64,000 nt of DNA, from positions 1,834 to 65,833 of the forward strand of contig JACQXA010000001.1 of NCBI GenBank assembly GCA_016208975.1, in the 5' to 3' direction. The first letter of the stretch is position 1. Each line of letters opens with the position of its first letter. This DNA comes from Nitrospinota bacterium. Its GTDB lineage: Bacteria; Nitrospinota_A; UBA7883; JACRLM01. This document shows positions 57,301 to 64,000 of this stretch, piece by piece. The notes under the pieces were generated by a model, which was not told where the DNA came from, ran no database searches, and saw only the letters and a program-made list of their open reading frames with translations. The translations under genes and the position numbers were made by a program.

Positions 57301-58830
57301 ATGGAAAACGATTCGGCCAATCAACCCCTGACGGGCTCAAAGCTGGCCATCAGCACTGTGTCGCTGGCGCTGGCGGTGTTCATGAACGTTTTGGACACCA
57401 CCATCACAAACGTTTCCATCCCCACCATCGCCGGGAACCTTTCGGTTAGCCCCAGCCAGGGTACGTGGACCATCACCTCTTACTCCGTGGCCATGGCCAT
57501 CGTGGTGCCTCTTACAGGGTGGCTGGCAAGGTATTTTGGCGAGGTGCGCCTTTTCGTGGCCTGTACGGCGCTATTCAGCATGGCCTCGCTTGCTTGCGGG
57601 CTGGCGCCGGATTTTACGAGCCTGATAATATTGCGCTCCATCCAGGGGCTGGTGGCTGGCCCCATGATACCCCTGTCGCAAAGCCTGCTTTTGCGTTGTT
57701 ACCCGCCGGAGAAGAAAGGCATGGCGCTGGCGTTCTGGGCCATGACCACGGTGGTGGCCCCCATATTGGGCCCCATATTGGGAGGGTATATAACCGATAA
57801 TATCGGCTGGCCCTGGATCTTCTACATCAACATACCCATTGGGCTCACGTCATCGTTTGTCACCTGGCAGATGCTTAAAAAGCGGGAATCCAAAACCTCG
57901 CGCAACCCCATAGACGTTACGGGCCTTATATTGCTCGTGGTGGGGGTGGGGTGTCTTCAGATTTTCCTGGACCGGGGGCATGAACTGGACTGGTTCAACT
58001 CCACCGAGGTGACGTTGCTGGCCATAGTCGCCGTGATTAGCTTATCGCTATTTTTAGCCTGGGAGTTGTTCGAGAAACACCCGGTGGTGGACCTGTCGTT
58101 GTTCCTGCTCCGAAACTATACGGTGGGAACGCTTGCGGTGGCTCTTGGTTACATGACGTTTTTCTCCGGGGTGGTGATATTCCCCCTGTGGTTGCAAACG
58201 CAGATGGGCTACACGGCCACCTGGGCGGGCCTTGCGGCGGCGCCCATCGGGATGCTAACGCTGATGCTTACCCCCATTGTGGGCGCGTCGCTCCACAAGG
58301 TGGACGTACGGGTGTTGAGCAGTTTCTCGTTTTTCGTGTTCGCCTTCACCTGTTTCTGGCAGGCCGGGTTCAATACCGACGCCACATTCTACGATGTGGC
58401 CCTGCCAAGGCTTGCGCAAGGGATAGCCATGTCCTGCTTTTTCGTGCCGGTAACGTCCATATCGCTTTCCGGCCTTACGCCGGACAGGATAGCGGCGGCG
58501 GCTGGGCTTACAAACTTCATGCGTATATTGGGCGGCAGTTTCGGCACTTCCATAAGCGTTACCTTTTGGGACGACCGGGCTATTTATCACCGGAGCGTGC
58601 TGGTGGAAAGCATCTCGCAGTCCAACCCATACGCCATGGCCCCGCTTGAAGTGGCGCAATCGAACGGCATGAGTTATGAGGGGGCGCTGGCGGTGTTTGA
58701 ACGGATAATAGGCAAACAGGCGGCGACCCTGGCCACAAACGACATTTTTCTGCTTTCAGGCGTAATATTCTCGTGCCTCATATTGTTTATATGGCTCTCC
58801 CGGGGGCCGTTCATGGTTGCGAGGAATTAG
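57301..58830 (+). CDS. emrB: MFS DHA2-family (EmrB/QacA, 14-TMS) multidrug efflux transporter
   Basis: 509 aa. Conserved motif A-like GWLARYFG and multiple TM segments of the 14-TMS DHA2 family. Confidence 0.85.
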   Translation: MENDSANQPLTGSKLAISTVSLALAVFMNVLDTTITNVSIPTIAGNLSVSPSQGTWTITSYSVAMAIVVPLTGWLARYFGEVRLFVACTALFSMASLACGLAPDFTSLIILRSIQGLVAGPMIPLSQSLLLRCYPPEKKGMALAFWAMTTVVAPILGPILGGYITDNIGWPWIFYINIPIGLTSSFVTWQMLKKRESKTSRNPIDVTGLILLVVGVGCLQIFLDRGHELDWFNSTEVTLLAIVAVISLSLFLAWELFEKHPVVDLSLFLLRNYTVGTLAVALGYMTFFSGVVIFPLWLQTQMGYTATWAGLAAAPIGMLTLMLTPIVGASLHKVDVRVLSSFSFFVFAFTCFWQAGFNTDATFYDVALPRLAQGIAMSCFFVPVTSISLSGLTPDRIAAAAGLTNFMRILGGSFGTSISVTFWDDRAIYHRSVLVESISQSNPYAMAPLEVAQSNGMSYEGALAVFERIIGKQAATLATNDIFLLSGVIFSCLILFIWLSRGPFMVARN

Positions 58831-58951
58831 GATTTTACATGCCTGGATGAAATCTTGTTTGGGCGCTGGACGGAATTTGAGTTAAAATCTACTGCCTTTA
58901 CCGCCCGGATCCGGGCGCAAGAAAACATAGCTGGCTTAAGAGGCTTTATTC

Positions 58952-59338
58952 TTGAACAAACTGCCTGTTTTTGAGTGGTTCTTCAGCATGGGCGACGTGC
59001 TGGTTAGCGTGAACACCGCCTTTGAAGGGGTGGTGGTGCCGCCGCACCTAAAGGGCAAGGAAAACGTGGATTTCATCATGGGTTCCGTTCCCACGCCAAA
59101 CCTGGCGCCGGACGCCGAGGGTGTGACCGCCTCCATGAGGTTCGGCCCTTCGTTGCATACATGCCGTTTCCCCTGGGGCTCTGTCACACGCATGGCGTCC
59201 CCCGAGGCTGTCATCCAGTTCGCCAAGCCCCAACCACTTAAAGAAGTGGAGAGCGGGCCGGAGCCAACAGAAGACACCGCCAAACCGGCCGGGAAAAAAG
59301 AGAAGAAGAGTAAAGGGCATTTGAGAGTGGTGAAGTAA
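58952..59338 (+). CDS. sspB: SspB-like ClpXP adaptor (stringent starvation protein B family)
   Basis: TTG start with AAGAGG RBS. The N-domain resembles SspB (…VNTAFEGVVVPPHLKG…FIMG…RFGP…) and there is a disordered acidic linker. The C-terminal …GHLRVVK matches the ClpX-binding tail (E. coli …RPALRVVK). Confidence 0.6.
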   Translation: MNKLPVFEWFFSMGDVLVSVNTAFEGVVVPPHLKGKENVDFIMGSVPTPNLAPDAEGVTASMRFGPSLHTCRFPWGSVTRMASPEAVIQFAKPQPLKEVESGPEPTEDTAKPAGKKEKKSKGHLRVVK

Positions 59339-59363
59339 CCGGCGGATGGAATTAACCAACGGT

Positions 59364-59846
59364 TCAATTCATCAGTTTTATCGCTTCACCGGGGTGATCC
59401 GGTTTCCCGCCATCCTGTATCTGCTTAACTAACCGTTCCACGGCCATTTCCACTTCGCGGGTAATGGGGGCGCCAAGGCCCAAGTTCACCGCTTCCACGG
59501 CGTAAACACAAAGTTCCGGCGGCAATTTACCCAAAGTCCTCGCCAATTCAATGGTATCGGCAAGGCCGAAGGCGTGGGTGGAGACGAATGATATTTCGCG
59601 CGGCAAAGGCCCGGATTTGGCGTTAATGGAACGCACGGTACCGGCGGGTTTTTCGCTGATGGCGGCGTCGCAAATCAATACGGTGTCATAACCGGCCCAG
59701 GTCTCTATCATGGATGAAAGGTCGCCGCTGAAAAACGCCACATCAGTCCCGGCCAAACCCAGCCCGGCTATCCGCTGGGCTATTAGAAGGCCCGCGTAAT
59801 CATCCCCGTTCATTTGGGAACCCACGCCTATTACCAGTGTCTTCAT
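59364..59846 (-). CDS. hydrogenase maturation protease (HycI/HybD/HoxW, peptidase A31 family)
   Basis: MKTLVIGVGSQMNGDDYAG…(GNxxxGDDGxG motif) and DxxxxxxPG. No hydrogenase structural genes in this window. Confidence 0.7.
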   Translation of the reverse strand: MKTLVIGVGSQMNGDDYAGLLIAQRIAGLGLAGTDVAFFSGDLSSMIETWAGYDTVLICDAAISEKPAGTVRSINAKSGPLPREISFVSTHAFGLADTIELARTLGKLPPELCVYAVEAVNLGLGAPITREVEMAVERLVKQIQDGGKPDHPGEAIKLMN

Positions 59847-60056
59847 GAAGTTGGGTTGATTTTACGGCTTTGGTACCGCGGAGCCATTTGTAAGATAACC
59901 CTCCAGGCCATATATTTATTGGTAGAAAGGTATCACATTCGCAGGCAATGGGCGCGTTGACAAAGGAAGTGGTTAAAAATCAATCCTCAACAATTCCCCA
60001 CTTTGCGGCTTTGCCCTTTGGCGGGCGGGTTGATACCAGTTAAAAGGAGATCAATC

Positions 60057-60662
60057 ATGTTGATGGCAGGTGTGACTAAAGCGGTTAGATATGAGCCGAA
60101 GACTTTCCCAGGGCTCAATAACCTTATCGGCATCACCCCAGTGGAGATTGAGGAACACCTAAAGCTGTATAACGGCTATGTGGCCAATACCAATCTGCTA
60201 CGGGAGAAAATCGGCTCCATGGTGGTGTCCGGCTCGGCTGGAACCCCGGAATTCGCGGAACTGGTTAGACGGCTTGGGTTTGAGTACAACGGTATGCGGC
60301 TCCACGAGTTGTATTTCGAAAATCTTTCTGGCGGTGGCAAAAGGCCAAGCCAGATGGTGGTAAACGCACTGGAAGACGCGTTCAACGGCTTCGGATCTTG
60401 GGAAACCCTTTTCCGCAAGGTAGCGGCCATGCGGGGAGTGGGCTGGGTTATCCTTTACCAGGATCCGCTTAACGAAAACCTGAGCGTCCACTGGATAAAC
60501 CAGCATGAAGACGGGCACCCTGTGGGGTTCAACCCGATACTGGTTTTGGACTGCTGGGAGCATGCGTGGACGGCGTACCTCCGCCCAACGGAGAGAGCCA
60601 AGTACATAGAGGACTTCTTCACCAATATAGACTGGGACGTGGTGGAAAGGCGGTTTAGATAA
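60057..60662 (+). CDS. Fe/Mn superoxide dismutase family protein (divergent)
   Basis: Start at MLMAGVTKAV (AAAGGAG RBS 6 nt upstream). C-terminal DCWEHAW…F…NIDWDVVERRF matches the SOD D-x-W-E-H and W…V…R signature. Putative metal-ligand His residues present (EEHLKL, RLHELYF). Confidence 0.65.
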   Translation: MLMAGVTKAVRYEPKTFPGLNNLIGITPVEIEEHLKLYNGYVANTNLLREKIGSMVVSGSAGTPEFAELVRRLGFEYNGMRLHELYFENLSGGGKRPSQMVVNALEDAFNGFGSWETLFRKVAAMRGVGWVILYQDPLNENLSVHWINQHEDGHPVGFNPILVLDCWEHAWTAYLRPTERAKYIEDFFTNIDWDVVERRFR

Positions 60663-60826
60663 CCGCCAACAGCGCTGGGTGGCGGGAGTATAAGGCGCCG
60701 CGCGGCGTGGATGATTGAGAGGGGAATAGTTAAGGTGGCAGGTAAAATTGCGCGCTTAGCCACTTTGAAAGGGGGAGGGGAAGGAGCGCGTTTCACCATT
60801 TTCACAGGAACGGCGGGAAATCATGA

Positions 60827-62311
60827 TTAGCGCCCGGCTCCGCTGATCCTGTAAACCTGCATTTCCTCCGCAAGACCCTTTATCGTGGCTTTGCCGGGTT
60901 CAACTTTCATGGCCGTGAGCAGTGCCCCCACGCCGGGGTATTCATACACATCCGACGTTATGTAAACCTCATCGCCTCCGGCCAGTTCCTGAACCCTGGA
61001 GGCTATGTTCACCGTTTGGCCGAAATAGTCCAGCCGTTCGTTCAGGTTCACCACGATGGAGGCTCCTTTGTGGATACCGATCTTCAGGATGATGTCAGTC
61101 TTATTCCCAGACTGGTTCATTTTGGCCACTTCTTCCCGCATCTCCAGCGCCGCTTTCATGGCGTCCACCGGATTCATGAAACTGCCCATCACCGCGTCCC
61201 CGATGGTTTTCACGATGGCTCCGTGATTGCCTGCCACCACCTTTCCGAGGATGTCGAAATGCTGGCGAACAAGGGAAAAAGCGTTAAGGTCGCCAATCCT
61301 GTCATAAAGGGAGGTGGAGCCCTTCAGGTCGGTGAATACGATGGAGATGTCTTTCACACCCAGGCCTTCAGTGCCTTTCACCACATCGTAATGGAACAGG
61401 TCGTGGAACGATTGCGTGGTCAGAAGCCGCTTGCCGGAAAGGTATGGCGTGAAGCTGATGGTGAAATCCTCGGCGTACCGAGTGGGGAAATTTAGCAGGG
61501 TTATCAGCCCTTTCCTGCCAGACTGGTTGTAAAAATCGAATTCAGTCTCCCCGGAGCTCAAGGTTCCGGCGCTTAAGGTGATCGCCGAGCCGTTGAGTTT
61601 TACGCCAAGAGAGCCGCTTCCGCCCCCTGGCTGGCCGCTCACGGGTATGCCAGCGCCGGTATGGTTCAGGAAATCGCTTATCACAAGGTAGCCTTCCGTA
61701 AGCTCCCTGGTTATCTTTTTCTCCTCGCCATTCTGGATGTAAGCGTGGAACTTCATGAAAGGGATTGCGCCATCTATCCATCTTCTTCCGTCCCGTATCA
61801 CGCCTTCCCTGCTGAAACGATAGAGGGTCAGGTAATCCAGCGGGGACAAGGAATCCGGATGGTGGCAGGTTATCTCCCGGACTTGGGGCGACACGGTGAA
61901 GCTTATCATTATGTAGTCGTCCAGGGATGCCTCGGAGTCCACATTGCACACTTCGCAATGGCTGTGGGAGTCTAAAGCCTTTAGGGAGCTGAAGCTTTCC
62001 AGCACGCTGGTGCAACCGGGGCACAACACATGCCAGTTCATTTGAAACAGACCCTCCACGGCGCCGTGCAGGAAAAAGTCTATTGATTCGTTTTCCTCGA
62101 TTCCTTTTTCCTTTGCGAACAGGATGGGATTGATCCGGAAAAGCGCCTCATCGGTGGCGTTGCGGATCATGTTTTCCATTTTGGAGACAACCCGGGGGCT
62201 CCATTGCCTGGCCTTTTCAATGGATGCCAGCTTGCCGTCCAGAAGGGGCTCGTTTAACTTAACGCCGGTATCAAACATAGGGTTTAACTCCTGATGTATC
62301 GACCCAGTCAT
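60827..62311 (-). CDS. class III adenylate/guanylate cyclase with N-terminal Cys-rich/regulatory domain
   Basis: C-terminal CYC domain (…SIVFTDLKGSTSLYDRIGD…VKTIGDAVMGSF…IGIHKG…GQTVNIASRV…). N-terminal region contains CPGCT…CEVC. Confidence 0.75.
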   Translation of the reverse strand: MTGSIHQELNPMFDTGVKLNEPLLDGKLASIEKARQWSPRVVSKMENMIRNATDEALFRINPILFAKEKGIEENESIDFFLHGAVEGLFQMNWHVLCPGCTSVLESFSSLKALDSHSHCEVCNVDSEASLDDYIMISFTVSPQVREITCHHPDSLSPLDYLTLYRFSREGVIRDGRRWIDGAIPFMKFHAYIQNGEEKKITRELTEGYLVISDFLNHTGAGIPVSGQPGGGSGSLGVKLNGSAITLSAGTLSSGETEFDFYNQSGRKGLITLLNFPTRYAEDFTISFTPYLSGKRLLTTQSFHDLFHYDVVKGTEGLGVKDISIVFTDLKGSTSLYDRIGDLNAFSLVRQHFDILGKVVAGNHGAIVKTIGDAVMGSFMNPVDAMKAALEMREEVAKMNQSGNKTDIILKIGIHKGASIVVNLNERLDYFGQTVNIASRVQELAGGDEVYITSDVYEYPGVGALLTAMKVEPGKATIKGLAEEMQVYRISGAGR

Positions 62312-62544
62312 CGGCGGTTGTTTGCCAGTAACATCATGGCGGAACGCTTCGCCTTATCAGTTAATATATTGCCGATGGATAAGCCTTGTCCATGTTAATG
62401 ATGTCCACTGCCTTTCAGGAGCAAAGCCTAATTTATGTTGATGCGTATTTTCTTTCGCGGGATTCTCCAGTTTCAAAACATGGCGGATAAAAAAAATGGA
62501 GAGAAATGTTTAGCAGGAAATACATGCACCGGGGTGAAAAGCAT

Positions 62545-62597
62545 TTGACTAAAAATAGTGAAAGTCTTATATATTAAACAAGTATAGACCAAGTCTA
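62545..62597 (+). promoter_or_regulatory. near-consensus sigma70 promoter (TTGACT-17-TATATA) with downstream palindrome TAGAC-caa-GTCTA
   Basis: -35 at 62545-62550, -10 at 62568-62573, inverted repeat at 62585-62597, GGAGG RBS at 62612-62616, ATG at 62623. Confidence 0.45.
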
Positions 62598-62622
62598 ATT
62601 TCTTCCTGGAAGGAGGATGTTT

Positions 62623-63042
62623 ATGAAACTGGAAGGCTCCAAGACCCATCAAAACCTGAAAGACGCGTTCGCCGGGGAATCGCAGGCGAATCGCCGCTAT
62701 TTATATTTCGCCGGTAAAGCGGACGTGGAAGGGTTCAACGACATATCGGCGGTTTTCCGTTCCACCGCCGAGGGTGAGACCGGCCATGCCCACGGGCATC
62801 TTAATTTTCTTAAAGAAGTGGGCGACCCTGTAACAGGGCTTCCCATAGGGGCCACGGCGGACAATCTAAAATCAGCCATCGCCGGGGAAACATATGAGTA
62901 CACCGACATGTATCCTGGTATGGCAAAAACCGCCAGGGACGAGGGTTTTAAAGAAGTGTCCGACTGGCTGGAAACCCTGGCCAAGGCCGAGCGGTCGCAC
63001 GCCAACCGGTTCCAGAAAGCTCTCGACAGCATGGGCAAATAG
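62623..63042 (+). CDS. rubrerythrin-family diiron protein (ferritin-like domain only, no rubredoxin domain)
   Basis: Two E…ExxH diiron motifs ([14 protein letters not shown]…[10 protein letters not shown]; [11 protein letters not shown]…AERSHANRF). 139 aa from ATG 62623. Confidence 0.85.
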   Translation: MKLEGSKTHQNLKDAFAGESQANRRYLYFAGKADVEGFNDISAVFRSTAEGETGHAHGHLNFLKEVGDPVTGLPIGATADNLKSAIAGETYEYTDMYPGMAKTARDEGFKEVSDWLETLAKAERSHANRFQKALDSMGK

Positions 63043-63118
63043 ATACGCGTGATAGGCGTGGATTAGATCCGCCCCGGCAATAGCCTGCAAAAGGGCGGGA
63101 AAAGGAGGGATTCGTTTT

Positions 63119-63715
63119 TTGAAAAAGGCGCATATGAGAAAGATCAACCGGGAGGATCTTTTTAGTCTCGAAAAATACGAGGAGATCCGCCCCTCGTTTC
63201 GTGAGAGGGTGATGGAGCATAAAGCCAGCCGCCGGGTGCCTGTGGGGCCCAGCGCCACGCTTTATTTCGAGGACAGGCTCACCATCCACTATCAAATCCA
63301 GGAAATGCTTCGGGCCGAACGCATATTCGACCAGGCTGGGATTGAGGGGGAATTGTCGGCCTATAACCCGCTGATACCAGATGGGGCCAACTGGAAAGCC
63401 ACCTTCATGATTGAGTATGACGACCCGGCCCAGCGCCGCGCGGAGCTTGCCCGGCTGGTGGGGATAGAGCGGAGGGTATGGGTTATGGTGGAGGGGTTTA
63501 ATAAAGTATTCGCCATCGCCGATGAGGATCTGGAACGCTCCACCCCCGAGAAAACCGCGGCGGTGCATTTCCTGCGGTTCGAGCTTTCCGGGGAAATGGT
63601 GGACGCGATAAAACAAGGCGCCAGCGTTACCTGCGGCATAGACCACCCGCTTTACCGTTACGAGGCCCAGGCGCCGGAGCATAGCTGTAAATCGTTGGCG
63701 CTGGATTTGGACTGA
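63119..63715 (+). CDS. DUF3501 family protein
   Basis: TTG start 9 nt after AAAGGAGGG. 198 aa with the characteristic length and conserved blocks of DUF3501 (…LYFEDRLTIHYQIQEM…, …ANWKATFMIEYDD…). Confidence 0.55.
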   Translation: MKKAHMRKINREDLFSLEKYEEIRPSFRERVMEHKASRRVPVGPSATLYFEDRLTIHYQIQEMLRAERIFDQAGIEGELSAYNPLIPDGANWKATFMIEYDDPAQRRAELARLVGIERRVWVMVEGFNKVFAIADEDLERSTPEKTAAVHFLRFELSGEMVDAIKQGASVTCGIDHPLYRYEAQAPEHSCKSLALDLD

Positions 63716-63733
63716 CCGGAAAGGTTTGCGGTA

Positions 63734-64000
63734 TCAATCCGCTGCGGGCAGTGTGAAAATGAATTTGCTCCCTCTGCCTGGCTCCGATTCGGCCCAAATT
63801 TCACCACCGTGACGGTCTATTATCTTTTTGCAGATGGCAAGGCCTATGCCGGTGCCATCGTATTTTGTCATCCCATGAAGCCGTTTGAAGGGTGAAAATA
63901 TCTGGTCGAGATACTTCGGCTCTATTCCCATGCCATTGTCCTCTATCGTTACCTGGTAAGAATCTCCCAAGCGGTCTGCGGTTATGTTGATAACCGGAAC
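63734..64000 (-). CDS. sensor histidine kinase, C-terminal HATPase_c portion (5' part beyond window end)
   Basis: G1/G2 boxes (IEDNGMGI…, [13 protein letters not shown]…). Reading frame stays open to the window edge. Confidence 0.8.
   Translation of the reverse strand, partial: VPVINITADRLGDSYQVTIEDNGMGIEPKYLDQIFSPFKRLHGMTKYDGTGIGLAICKKIIDRHGGEIWAESEPGRGSKFIFTLPAAD

Noticed and set aside
59364-59846. Hydrogenase gene cluster around the maturation protease
   Set aside because: The flanking genes are sspB-like and SOD-like. No large/small subunit or hyp genes are in the window.

Overview
High-GC (~60-65% by eye) chromosomal segment from a Gram-negative-type bacterium; lipid A acyltransferase, heptosyltransferase and OMF-lipoprotein genes are present. 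Most of it is conserved core genome. It opens with rplA-rplJ-rplL-rpoB-rpoC. It continues with a ClC channel, a mixed his/LPS operon (hisB-hisH-lpxL-heptosyltransferase), a GAF-GGDEF protein, mreB, an orphan motA, a cobA/hemD fusion, an unannotated RNase P RNA (rnpB, minus strand), ispB, an NMO-family flavoprotein and a ChlI-like AAA+ ATPase. The latter three genes are bracketed by two ~140-bp inverted palindromic MITE/REP-like repeats. After that comes a more AT-rich stretch with a repeat-containing disordered hypothetical protein, and then an addB-addA helicase-nuclease operon. Next are a LOG-family gene, a hicB-hicA pair with hicA frameshifted, a 1436-aa double-activase/dehydratase-like fusion with a ferredoxin, and a gldA/F/G-like ABC system with DUF4340. 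Then come grpE-dnaJ, cheV, nnr, a 763-aa coiled-coil protein, HU, tRNA-Ala(CGC), an OMF-EmrA-EmrB efflux operon, an SspB-like ClpX adaptor and a lone hydrogenase maturation protease. The window ends with an oxidative-stress cluster (Fe/Mn-SOD, rubrerythrin, DUF3501), a class III adenylate cyclase and a partial histidine kinase. No transposase, integrase, CRISPR array or rRNA was seen. The items most worth a second look are the inverted 140-bp repeats, the AT-rich repeat-protein/addAB/LOG/hicBA stretch, the frameshifted hicA, the unannotated rnpB and several near-perfect palindromic operator candidates.
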